Positions 48,408-57,027 of a stretch of DNA of 64,000 nt are shown here, piece after piece (the first letter of the stretch is position 1; the number at the start of each line of letters is the position of its first letter). The stretch lies in the IMG/VR virus record IMGVR_UViG_3300005613_000001, positions 62,001 to 126,000 of that record, one strand, 5' to 3'. Position numbers and translations under genes: made by a program. The notes under the pieces are model-generated. The model was not told the origin of the DNA and ran no database searches. It was given only the letters and a program-made list of their open reading frames with translations.

Positions 48408-49706
48408 CTAACGTGAAAAATTAACCCATAGGGGAGCGTAAATGTGTATGCTTTTTGGTTTTATTCTTTTGAGAATGTGATAAGTTGCTTGGAGCGTACC
48501 ACTTGATGCAATGTTATCATCCACTAATAAAATTCTACGGTTCCTTAACCCTGATCGTTCATGCTCAGGACGAACATCTACTTCAGGATCAACTTCCCAA
48601 TTTCTTACATAAGGTCTAAGGTGTTTAAGATCTCGCCCCAAATTCTTAATTTGGCCTCTTGTATTCTGCAACTGTTGCTGCATTCTTTGTACTTTTTTCC
48701 TCTGCCATTCCTTATCCGAATAATTTTGTGCAAGTGAATGCGTGTCAATTGTTGGAGACTCTAGCTTTCTCAACCCTCGTACTGCGGTAACGCCATATCT
48801 GGATGCTAAAGCCTCGCCTAACTTAGTGTTAAATGAACTCCCGCTTTCAGGATAGACAACATAATCGTATGGAAAACTGGGGCGGATTCTTAAATAATTA
48901 TCAACTGAAAGTTCTATTAACCACTCTTGTAGTGTTATATCGTGGGGATGATTGGGATATTTTACCTTCTTCAGAAATGCCTTTTCTATTACACCCGCAA
49001 ACCGCCTCTTATATTGTATACTCTCTGTTGTTTCATCCAATTCTTCCTGCAATTGTGCTTTTCTCTTTCTCAAAGAACCAACACTTTGAGCATTATCTCT
49101 CCTTGAGCTAATATAAGTTCTGAGGCGTTTCTGTCCTATTCTGTTTAACGTCCCATCTGTTTTACGTTTTAACAGTCCCATTGATTCCAATTTAGAATTC
49201 ACAGAATCAAACAGGTACTCAAACAGTTTATCGTCAAACAACCCTTTCTCTATCCACCGATCATACTCTTTATCAATAATATCTCTTACTTTTTGGGTCA
49301 TACCCGTGGCGCGACTATTGGCGACCTTCAGGGCAGCCGTAACCTCTTTTAGTTCTTTCTGTAATTCGCTTTTTCTCTTCTTTAGTGCTTGTGAAATCTC
49401 TTCTTCAGGGACAGAAAACTTAAATCCGTATAAAATTTGACCGTCAAAAGAGGGTAGTTTGTCTTGTATTTTGAAGTTTGGCAGTTGAGTTGCTTGATTT
49501 AAGGGTTCAATCTTAATAAAATCTTCTGGTCTATCCTCAAAGCTAAAGTCAATAACATCCCGTCCGTGTAAATCAGTTACAGCTTGTTTTGCAACACTCT
49601 TGTTCTTGAGTTTAGAAAAAACACGCCAATCTGGTGGTACATTTTGGACATTTACTCCAAAACCTTCTAACCATTGTTTAAAATCAAGCGTAAAACCATG
49701 AGACAT
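48408..49706 (-). CDS. coiled-coil protein with C-terminal phosphoribosyltransferase-like domain
   Basis: ILLVDDNIASSGTL; N-terminal FKQWLE; TAAATA-AACTT-ATG. Confidence 0.65.
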   Translation of the reverse strand: MSHGFTLDFKQWLEGFGVNVQNVPPDWRVFSKLKNKSVAKQAVTDLHGRDVIDFSFEDRPEDFIKIEPLNQATQLPNFKIQDKLPSFDGQILYGFKFSVPEEEISQALKKRKSELQKELKEVTAALKVANSRATGMTQKVRDIIDKEYDRWIEKGLFDDKLFEYLFDSVNSKLESMGLLKRKTDGTLNRIGQKRLRTYISSRRDNAQSVGSLRKRKAQLQEELDETTESIQYKRRFAGVIEKAFLKKVKYPNHPHDITLQEWLIELSVDNYLRIRPSFPYDYVVYPESGSSFNTKLGEALASRYGVTAVRGLRKLESPTIDTHSLAQNYSDKEWQRKKVQRMQQQLQNTRGQIKNLGRDLKHLRPYVRNWEVDPEVDVRPEHERSGLRNRRILLVDDNIASSGTLQATYHILKRIKPKSIHIYAPLWVNFSR

Positions 49707-49714
49707 AAGTTTAT

Positions 49715-49999
49715 TTATGTCTCTTCGGGCGGTTTTGGTGTTGAATCGCCTGTGTTATCTCTATGCCCTCTAATGCCTTTTCGGTAATCCGGTGGTTCAT
49801 CTACTAAATCACCCGCAGATTCAACAATCCACCCATTTGTCCATTTCCCAGTATCTTCATCCTTTAATTTCAACACTTTCCCAACTATAGCAAACTTCTC
49901 GGGAAGAAAGGAAACCATTCTGGCTTCTCCATTCTCCACTTTTCTTGTAAGACGGCATTGCCTGAATTTGGGCTTCTTTTTCTTCATAGCAATACCCAC
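49715..49999 (-). CDS. hypothetical protein
   Basis: operonic ORF. Confidence 0.65.
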   Translation of the reverse strand: MGIAMKKKKPKFRQCRLTRKVENGEARMVSFLPEKFAIVGKVLKLKDEDTGKWTNGWIVESAGDLVDEPPDYRKGIRGHRDNTGDSTPKPPEET

Positions 50000-50523
50000 C
50001 TATGACCCTCTCCAGAGCGTATAAATTGAATATTTAATCTTTCTCCATCAGGGAGCCTCATATCACCTAATTCTTCTTGCAATTGTTCAGTTTTACCACA
50101 GAGCCCATTACCGGCATTAAAATAAGCTTGCTCACTATTATCATAATGTCTAGCTATTTCCACCGCCTCTAAGAATGAATAAACCTTACCGGACTCTGGG
50201 TGTGCGAAATAACCCCACTCTTCAGGGTCTTTATGTTCATAATGCTGGCATAGGATGATGCTTCCCCAGCTTAATTCTGTTAATAATTCTCCATGTGCTA
50301 CATCAACATCTTGTGAATATTCATCAAAACCTATCATAGAACTACAATGAACCGCTTTTTTCCCACTTGGGCTTACCCAAAGCTTAGCTTCAAACCCTCG
50401 TTCTTTGTGGGTTTCTCCCGTATCCGTCCAACCTCTTTCTCGCAACCATGCCGTATCATCCTCCACAGTTTTAACGGCATCATCGAGAAATTGCTCTAAT
50501 TCTTCGCCTGTTAGTGATGTCAT
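49984..50523 (-). CDS. hypothetical protein
   Basis: operonic ORF, ATGA overlap. Confidence 0.7.
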   Translation of the reverse strand: MTSLTGEELEQFLDDAVKTVEDDTAWLRERGWTDTGETHKERGFEAKLWVSPSGKKAVHCSSMIGFDEYSQDVDVAHGELLTELSWGSIILCQHYEHKDPEEWGYFAHPESGKVYSFLEAVEIARHYDNSEQAYFNAGNGLCGKTEQLQEELGDMRLPDGERLNIQFIRSGEGHRWVLL

Positions 50524-50759
50524 GTGAAAGACGCCTCAAATAATTCTGTACTTTCTTTTAATTCAAATGAATGTCTGGTATTCTTAAGTCCGAAACTCAC
50601 GGTGTATTTTCCAGGGAGTAATCTTGTCCAAAGTCTTCCCACTTCTTTCTGGACAAAGTTTCCTTCCTCATCGCCCACCCAAATCTCCGTTTTTGGGTCT
50701 TTGGCTGTAATCTCAAGAGATTTATAATCCTTGGGATCGTACTCGGGAAGGGCATCCAT
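50520..50759 (-). CDS. hypothetical protein (start 50759)
   Basis: AGGAG SD then MDALPEYDPK; the track's upstream extension lies in the IS end. Confidence 0.65.
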   Translation of the reverse strand: MDALPEYDPKDYKSLEITAKDPKTEIWVGDEEGNFVQKEVGRLWTRLLPGKYTVSFGLKNTRHSFELKESTELFEASFT

Positions 50760-50785
50760 TAATTTTCTCCTGGGTGTTAGAATCC

Positions 50786-52209
50786 GTGACGTACCACGGG
50801 GCAAGCCCCGTGGCTTCTCAGTTCATTGAAGACCACTGCCACATAGGGCTGTAACCTTATCTTCTCCCTGAGCGTTAATTTGGGTGCGTCCCACCCTATT
50901 ATTTCCTAAATTCTCAATTAAACTTTGTCGATCAAAAGCAAACGCTTTTATGTTATTCGCCGCAAGCACATCCCTATCATGGAGTTTTCCACACTCTTTA
51001 CAAGTCCAAGACCTGTCTTTAAGTCGCAATTCGTGATTGATTACTCCACAACTACACATCTTGCTTGACGGATCAAACCTTCCGATTTGTAGGATGTTAG
51101 TCCCATACCACTCGCCCTTGTATCGTAGCATTTCTACGAATTTTGACCAAGAGGCAGATGATATTGAACGAGCCAACTTATGGTTTTTCAACATTCCCTG
51201 CACATTCAAATCTTCAAGGCAGACCGATTGGTTCTCTCTAATCAACCTTGTAGATAATTTGTGCAGGAAATCGTTTCTTTGATTGGTAATTCGTTCATAC
51301 AATTTAGCAAGTTTAAGCCGTGCTTTTTCTCTTCGTTTGCTTCCTTTTTCTTTTCGTTTTGTCCATCGGTCAAGTCGTTTCAACTCACCAGTGGATTTTT
51401 GTAAATGCTTTGGGTTATCAACCTTCTCGCCAGTATCCAAAGCGATGAAATGTTTTAGTCCAAGGTCAATACCCACTGCTTTATCTTGTTTGGGCTTCTT
51501 TGGTTTCTTTGGCTTATCTGGCGTTTCCACCAATACCGAAGCAAAGTATTTTCCAGTTGGTGTTCTACTGATGGTAACGGTCTTAATTTCTCCATTGAAT
51601 TTCCTGTGCAGGACTGCCTTGATATTCTTTACTTTGATAATGCTAATTGTTCCCGCCTCAAAATCAACTTTTGATTTTTGAGGGCATTGAAACGATTGCC
51701 TTCCTACTTTTTTCTTGAACTTCGGGAAGCCTTTCTTCTGTCGAAAGAACCTTGTGTAAGCATTATCAAGATTACGGAGAGCCATTTGTAGTGTTTGACT
51801 ATTGACTTCTCCTAACCATTCCAGTTCTTGTTTTAATTTCGTCAAGCGTGCGGATAATTCAATGGACGATAGTGATTTTTGTGTTTCCTGATACTCTTTG
51901 ATTCGTGTTTCTAATCCCCAATTATAAACGAACCTTGAACAGCCAAAATGCTTATTCAAAAGTGTCTTTTGCTCATTCGTGGGGTAGAGTCTGTATTTGA
52001 ATGCTTTAAGTATCATCACCTTTATATAGTGACGACACTTTCATTTCTTACGGAAAAATTCTATTTTCCGTAAAATAATTTATCCACACTATGGCGGCTT
52101 ACATCCACGACCCAAGGGCTGGCACTTTTGTTCGTCTCGCTACGCTCAACTCGCTCTCAGTGCCAGCATTTTTGCTCCGCAAAAATGTCATGGTTTTACG
52201 CCGCCGATT
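50786..52209 (-). mobile_element. IS200/IS605-family TnpB-only element
   Basis: TTAT target, AAAA + CCATGAC left-end hairpin; right end GAAG-CCACGGGGC-TT-GCCCCGTGG...TCAC; excision restores the flanking stop. Confidence 0.88.
50823..52019 (-). CDS. tnpB: RNA-guided endonuclease TnpB
   Basis: KAFKYRLYPT, RuvC GIDLG / LEDL / DRDV, CSC..CKEC. Confidence 0.96.
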   Translation of the reverse strand: MMILKAFKYRLYPTNEQKTLLNKHFGCSRFVYNWGLETRIKEYQETQKSLSSIELSARLTKLKQELEWLGEVNSQTLQMALRNLDNAYTRFFRQKKGFPKFKKKVGRQSFQCPQKSKVDFEAGTISIIKVKNIKAVLHRKFNGEIKTVTISRTPTGKYFASVLVETPDKPKKPKKPKQDKAVGIDLGLKHFIALDTGEKVDNPKHLQKSTGELKRLDRWTKRKEKGSKRREKARLKLAKLYERITNQRNDFLHKLSTRLIRENQSVCLEDLNVQGMLKNHKLARSISSASWSKFVEMLRYKGEWYGTNILQIGRFDPSSKMCSCGVINHELRLKDRSWTCKECGKLHDRDVLAANNIKAFAFDRQSLIENLGNNRVGRTQINAQGEDKVTALCGSGLQ

Positions 52210-52452
52210 ATAACAAAGAGGACTCAAGAAAATTGTTAAATCAGGGGCTTGCACTACACCTTGCTCTACTGCAATTAATCTATCCAATCCTTGCTCTAGC
52301 ATTTCCTCTTCCATGCTCCATGTGTCAATCCAATGAGAGTCGGAAATGTCTTTTGCATTTTCCAGTAATTGTCCCAATCTCCAATCAGGGTTTTTCTCCC
52401 ACAAAATTCTGATCTTTTCTAATATCTTTGGGATGCGCTCTGGATCACGCAT
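52099..52452 (-). CDS. hypothetical phage protein, C-terminus extended by IS insertion
   Basis: MRDPERI..IL..I...W...PDWRLGQL; runs into the IS left end. Confidence 0.7.
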   Translation of the reverse strand: MRDPERIPKILEKIRILWEKNPDWRLGQLLENAKDISDSHWIDTWSMEEEMLEQGLDRLIAVEQGVVQAPDLTIFLSPLCYNRRRKTMTFLRSKNAGTESELSVARRTKVPALGSWM

Positions 52453-52459
52453 GTTAGCC

Positions 52460-52783
52460 TCACTCGTTAATCTTGAGAGGTTTGCCATAATAAATCAAAA
52501 TATTGTAACGCACAGAATCCGCAGCCTGTCCGTATCGATCATTCTCTAAAGTAAAATCAATAAGAACACAACCTTCAGGGCAAAGTTTTTTAAGAGCTTC
52601 AGGAAGGGGAATATAACGACTGCGAAAATTATATTCCTTTTTCGTCCTTCCAAACCACCCCTTCTTTTCTACTTCTATATCAACAAAATCATCAAATACC
52701 CGAACTTCTTTCGTTTCTTTATCAACCACAAACCGACGCTTGACTTGGAATACATTTTCAAATACTTCTGGGTCTATCTTCAT
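52460..52783 (-). CDS. hypothetical protein
   Basis: 107 aa ORF. Confidence 0.65.
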   Translation of the reverse strand: MKIDPEVFENVFQVKRRFVVDKETKEVRVFDDFVDIEVEKKGWFGRTKKEYNFRSRYIPLPEALKKLCPEGCVLIDFTLENDRYGQAADSVRYNILIYYGKPLKINE

Positions 52784-52949
52784 CCTTAAAGTCCCTATTT
52801 TTTAATTGGAATACTTGCTAACTTTCTTACTTTTCCATCTATCATCCCAAGCAATACCCTAACCCACTTACAACTCTCCATGTCAATGACAGGTGGACTA
52901 AGCCAAACCTTATCTGCTTTAGCAATAAATTCTGAATTATATCTCATAG

Positions 52950-53023
52950 TACGCCCGGTAGGACTCGAACCTACGACCTACAGATTAGAAATCTGTTGCT
53001 GCTGTCCTCTGAGCTACGGGCGC
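52950..53023 (-). tRNA. tRNA-Arg (TCT)
   Basis: ACAGA/TCTGT stem, loop TTTCTAA, GGTTCGAGTCC. Confidence 0.92.
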
Positions 53024-53243
53024 TCCAAATCTTCCTTTCTTGTTGTAAAGCCTTAATCAAATCATCAATGTCTTCAGGTACATCTAATGAAATTTGCACC
53101 TGTTTGCAATCATCTGATAATTTCATCAAACCAACGTAATCAATTACCAAATCATAATCGCCAGTTTGAACATGCTCGTCTACACAAACATCCCACACAC
53201 CTTCAGAGCCATTACCAGCCAAACCCATTCTCTCTTCATCCAT
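52971..53243 (-). CDS. hypothetical protein (3' end overlaps tRNA)
   Basis: AAGGTG SD; 90 aa. Confidence 0.55.
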   Translation of the reverse strand: MDEERMGLAGNGSEGVWDVCVDEHVQTGDYDLVIDYVGLMKLSDDCKQVQISLDVPEDIDDLIKALQQERKIWSARSSEDSSNRFLICRS

Positions 53244-53308
53244 TTTATCACCTTTAAAAATCGGCCTGGGGGCAGGACTTCACCTTTTCACCTTCCCCCT
53301 AGACCGAT

Positions 53309-53563
53309 TTAGCAACATCTAACTTCGGGGGATTCTAATACGTCCGCAATCAAATCTTCATCCCTTAAACCTTCCGGTATGTCGTTCCCCGGACAAACCC
53401 ACGCAAATTCAGGATCGCGGTGGCACAATAAACCATTTCGCTCTTCCATTCTGGTTACTTCAACAGGAGCTAAAGCAAACAAACCGTACTTCAATAAAAT
53501 CTTACGAACGGCTTGCTGGTCAGCATTCAAATCAGTAATTACTTGCATACTTGTTCTCCCCAT
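53309..53563 (-). CDS. hypothetical protein
   Basis: operonic ORF. Confidence 0.55.
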   Translation of the reverse strand: MGRTSMQVITDLNADQQAVRKILLKYGLFALAPVEVTRMEERNGLLCHRDPEFAWVCPGNDIPEGLRDEDLIADVLESPEVRCC

Positions 53564-53946
53564 TCTAAATAAATTTCTTCCATTTTTTTAACATCCAGTC
53601 CCACAAATCCACCTTCCTTTGAAATCGCCTCATTATTCATTCTCTCCACAATATTTTGAGGCGGCTTAATCAACAGTGGAATTACATTGTAACAAAAATG
53701 AACCGACTCATGGGGATGTTCCCGCATCGCTCTAAATAAATGAGGCGCGGCTTCTTCTCCCATAGCGACAACGGCAACGCAACTTGGATCATCGGGCTTA
53801 TGAAATGACATAAAGGCATTTCGCTTGTGGTAATCCAAAACGTGCTTTAGAACGCATTCATAAGTCACTGTATCACTCAGCATCGCCATCATCCCTACGA
53901 TAATTTCGCAGTTCGCCAATAACTTGTGCAACCTGCAAGGGGTCAA
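53539..53946 (-). CDS. hypothetical protein (start probably about 53891)
   Basis: operonic ORF. Confidence 0.55.
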   Translation of the reverse strand: MTPCRLHKLLANCEIIVGMMAMLSDTVTYECVLKHVLDYHKRNAFMSFHKPDDPSCVAVVAMGEEAAPHLFRAMREHPHESVHFCYNVIPLLIKPPQNIVERMNNEAISKEGGFVGLDVKKMEEIYLEWGEQVCK

Positions 53947-54265
53947 GTTTCAATTCATTTTTCAGGAAACCAAAAACACAAGCATCATGTTCAGCCGCTT
54001 CTGCACAATGCAAAAGGTTCATCGCATGTTGTCTTGCAACTTCAGGAGTCCATTGAGTCTTCCTGGTATCTCCTTCCCAGAAATAATGCACAAATGGCTT
54101 CCCTTCAGGGTTACAACCAGAAGCCATGCTTATTCGTTCTCGCCCATCCGGGGGATCATCGGGAAGTTCTTCTACTTTGAAAGTACCCAAATTATCTTGA
54201 GCAATTTCATACGCATCTTCTAGATTGCCAGCTTCTACTTCGTAACTGAAGAGGTATTTCGGCAT
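53873..54265 (-). CDS. hypothetical protein
   Basis: 130 aa ORF with SD. Confidence 0.65.
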   Translation of the reverse strand: MPKYLFSYEVEAGNLEDAYEIAQDNLGTFKVEELPDDPPDGRERISMASGCNPEGKPFVHYFWEGDTRKTQWTPEVARQHAMNLLHCAEAAEHDACVFGFLKNELKLDPLQVAQVIGELRNYRRDDGDAE

Positions 54266-54329
54266 TAGAATCCCCCACTAAAAATGAACCAAAGAAACAA
54301 AATGGTTCCACCCACTACGACTAGGGATG

Positions 54330-54821
54330 CTAAGTATTCCCTAATTGTTGGCGTTCCTTGTACCATTTCCATCTCCATCTTAGTTTTTTCCACACGCCCC
54401 ACGGAAGGTCAATTTCATAATTATAAAGATGTATGGATTTGCCATCTTTGCGATAATATATTATGCGGGAAAAATCATCCATTCCATACATCCATACATT
54501 CTCTGTAACTTCTACTTTACCGACGCCTGGAACTTGAACGATGTTTGATCTATGAAGATGAACTACGATAGGAAATCCAATTTCGGGAAGATCTTCCAAA
54601 TAAACTGCGGTTGCCTTTATTTGATAGTCCCCAAGACCCCGACTATACTCAGTCGCCGGGGGCCACAACGCCCAGCCTAGCAGTAAGAATTTAGCCATTT
54701 TCTCTTGCGGCTGTGATAGCGTCTTCCAGCCATCCTTCATTTTCAAGACCGCTACACTGACTACATGTTGAATAAGGTCGGAACAAGTAGTCTTCGGGCA
54801 GCTTTTCAAGTGGAATGCCAC
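54330..54821 (-). CDS. hypothetical protein (start probably about 54698)
   Basis: operonic ORF. Confidence 0.5.
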   Translation of the reverse strand: MAFHLKSCPKTTCSDLIQHVVSVAVLKMKDGWKTLSQPQEKMAKFLLLGWALWPPATEYSRGLGDYQIKATAVYLEDLPEIGFPIVVHLHRSNIVQVPGVGKVEVTENVWMYGMDDFSRIIYYRKDGKSIHLYNYEIDLPWGVWKKLRWRWKWYKERQQLGNT

Positions 54822-55026
54822 AATGGCGACAATATGTGAATACAGGCGATCCAGCAGGCAGAGTGGAATTATTCACCTTTTTGACTTTTTCATCTACAAA
54901 TTTCTTACGTCGAACAAATTGAAGAATCGCCGTTTCCTTCGCCAGTTCCATTGTGGTCGGAGGAACATGTCTTTCTTCAACTGCCATCTCTTCCAGCAGG
55001 CCAAAAAAGTCATCACTCATGCTCAT
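54691..55026 (-). CDS. zinc-ribbon hypothetical protein
   Basis: CRHC...CSQC. Confidence 0.65.
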   Translation of the reverse strand: MSMSDDFFGLLEEMAVEERHVPPTTMELAKETAILQFVRRKKFVDEKVKKVNNSTLPAGSPVFTYCRHCGIPLEKLPEDYLFRPYSTCSQCSGLENEGWLEDAITAARENG

Positions 55027-55028
55027 TC

Positions 55029-55331
55029 TTACTTTTCCTGATATCTACGGTCTCTTCTTCTTAGTCCACCGAGAATTTCCATCAAATCATTAAGAATGAA
55101 TCCCATTCTAAAGTCAAACTCTACTTTTTCCGTGCCGCCACTTGGAATTTGGTCACGATAATCAGTCAAAACTTGTTCTGCCAACTGTTCCGCATTCATG
55201 AAAACGATATTTCGCATTCTACTTGCAGCTTCTTTACATATCGCCTCAAATTCCGCATCACTTACAGCTTCATTAACATTCATCTTATCACCCATTCTTA
55301 TCATACCATAAAAAATAGCATTGTAAAGCAT
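55029..55331 (-). CDS. hypothetical protein (start probably about 55283)
   Basis: ORF downstream of a sigma70-like promoter. Confidence 0.6.
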   Translation of the reverse strand: MLYNAIFYGMIRMGDKMNVNEAVSDAEFEAICKEAASRMRNIVFMNAEQLAEQVLTDYRDQIPSGGTEKVEFDFRMGFILNDLMEILGGLRRRDRRYQEK

Positions 55332-55401
55332 CCCCGGCAGGATTCGAACCTGCGACCTACAGTTTAGGAAACTGTTGCTCTATCCCCTGAGCTACGGGGA
55401 C
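55329..55401 (-). tRNA. tRNA-Arg (CCT)
   Basis: ACAGT/ACTGT stem, loop TTCCTAA, GGTTCGAATCC. Confidence 0.93.
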
Positions 55402-55417
55402 TCTATTATTAAAACAG

Positions 55418-55693
55418 TTAAGTTTTTGCTTTTTTCTCTGTTGGCTTAGCCTTCATATTAGCCTTTACCTCTTCAGGCTTAATTTCAGGTTTTTTGCCAT
55501 TCCCATTTCCACGCCCATAATCCGTAATATAAAACCCTGTGCCCTTAAAAATAAGTCCGCAGCCACCCGAAATAACCCGCCTCAATTTTAATTTGCCACA
55601 ATCGGGACATTTCTTTTTAGGTCGATCTTTAATACCTTGAAAAATTTCGGTGGTTTTCCCACAGGCATCGCACTCATAATCATAATGTGGCAT
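55418..55693 (-). CDS. FmdB family zinc-ribbon protein
   Basis: MPHYDYECDACG...CPDCG...IFKGTGFYITDY. Confidence 0.9.
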   Translation of the reverse strand: MPHYDYECDACGKTTEIFQGIKDRPKKKCPDCGKLKLRRVISGGCGLIFKGTGFYITDYGRGNGNGKKPEIKPEEVKANMKAKPTEKKAKT

Positions 55694-56564
55694 TTTTCTT
55701 CCTCGCTTTATACTTCCTATCAAACGAGTCAAGTTTAGCCAAATCCATATTGGCTGATTGACTCCGCATTTTCCCGCCTTCAAAAAATAACTCTAACATT
55801 CTTTCTCTGGGCAGGAGTTTAGTGGTTTTATCATCAACCCGTGGTCCCCAGCCCAATCTTGCCATAAAATTCAGCAATGCATCGGGATCATAGTGTTTGC
55901 TTGCATATTCTAATACACTCGCTGCCCCGTCGCGCTTAGATAGCTTCTTCCCCTGAAAATGTATCAATCCCACATGGGCATACTTGGGAATCGGAGCCCC
56001 AGATGGTGAAACCGCATCCAACATTTTATATAGTGCAATTTGCCTGCTTGTATTGGTAATGTGATCGTGACCCCGAATTACAAAATTAATTTCGTAATTC
56101 CAATCATCTACAACACACGACCAATGATAAGTTGCCATCCCATCTGATTTAATCAGAACAATACCTTTATTGATATGGCCTTTATCATCTTGGGAAATTG
56201 GAATTTCACCGGCAATTTCATCTACCCAAAAGTCAGGAACATCAATTGGATTTGAGATAATCGCCCCATTTTCTTCTCTAGCAAACCCTTCTCGCACCAG
56301 AGATTGAGCCATCCTTTGATATTCGTCAACATTATTACATTGTTGAATAATTGTCTCATAATCAAGACCCAACCAAAGCATACAATCAATAATGTTAGCC
56401 GCATGTTCCCATTTGCTTCTTTCCCTATCTGTATTATCCAAGCGCAGAAAGAACTTCCCCCCTGTAGAGCGGGCTGCTAACCAGTTAAAGTAGGCAGTTC
56501 GGGCTGTTCCCAGGTGGAAATCCCCCGTTGGAGAGGGGGCAATCCGGGTATTGTAGGTATTCAT
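55680..56564 (-). CDS. glutamyl-tRNA synthetase-like catalytic domain, no anticodon-binding domain
   Basis: RIAPSPTG.FHLG.ARTA.FNW, VVDD, IRG.DH, KLSKR, LLNF.ARLGW. Confidence 0.88.
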   Translation of the reverse strand: MNTYNTRIAPSPTGDFHLGTARTAYFNWLAARSTGGKFFLRLDNTDRERSKWEHAANIIDCMLWLGLDYETIIQQCNNVDEYQRMAQSLVREGFAREENGAIISNPIDVPDFWVDEIAGEIPISQDDKGHINKGIVLIKSDGMATYHWSCVVDDWNYEINFVIRGHDHITNTSRQIALYKMLDAVSPSGAPIPKYAHVGLIHFQGKKLSKRDGAASVLEYASKHYDPDALLNFMARLGWGPRVDDKTTKLLPRERMLELFFEGGKMRSQSANMDLAKLDSFDRKYKARKKNATL

Positions 56565-56582
56565 GGCTCTTCTCGTACAATT

Positions 56583-56924
56583 TCAGTATCCAGAGCTACG
56601 TTTACAAACAGCGTAACTTAGGCCAGTGGAATCATCTGTTAAGACGATATTTCCATTTTCCTGAATGAGTTTCGCTGTTCTGAAATCAAAGTCATTATCA
56701 AGTACATTTACGCACTCAATTCTAGCCCAAGGAATTATTCGCTCAACACAATCTCCTACAGCCACACTTTTTTCACCCATTGCAGATGATGAACCAAAAT
56801 GAAACGTCCTACATAGTAGTCGCACATGAGTAATGGTGTATTCTTTGAGTTTTCCGATGAATAAATGATTTTTAGCCTCTTTATAAGGTTTTACTGATCT
56901 TACTTTCCAAATTTCGTCGTACAT
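56583..56924 (-). CDS. hypothetical protein
   Basis: AGGAG SD; directly after the tRNA-like RNA. Confidence 0.7.
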   Translation of the reverse strand: MYDEIWKVRSVKPYKEAKNHLFIGKLKEYTITHVRLLCRTFHFGSSSAMGEKSVAVGDCVERIIPWARIECVNVLDNDFDFRTAKLIQENGNIVLTDDSTGLSYAVCKRSSGY

Positions 56925-56940
56925 AATTCTCCTAAATTAG

Positions 56941-57023
56941 TGGAGGCGAGGGGATTCGAACCCCTATCTCACAAGATCTCCCGAAGGTTTTAACGTGTGG
57001 CTCTCCCGTTGAGCTACGCCCCC
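56941..57023 (-). ncRNA. tRNA-like RNA with Ala-type G3:U70 acceptor and expanded anticodon loop
   Basis: GGGGGCG/CGCCTCC-A acceptor, GCTC/GAGC D-stem, AGGGG-TTCGAAT-CCCCT T-arm, 18-nt anticodon loop. Confidence 0.75.
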
Positions 57024-57027
57024 TGGA

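Noticed and set aside
53261-53307. Imperfect inverted repeat TCGG.CTGGGGG.AGG/CCT.CCCCTAG.CCGA
   Set aside because: Single hairpin, probably a terminator or processing stem; no further support.
52950-55401. Amber suppressor tRNAs (CTA inside loops TTTCTAA and TTCCTAA)
   Set aside because: The 5-bp stems place the anticodons at TCT and CCT.
56941-57023. tmRNA
   Set aside because: Ends look similar, but it is only 83 nt, has a paired D-stem and has no tag reading frame.
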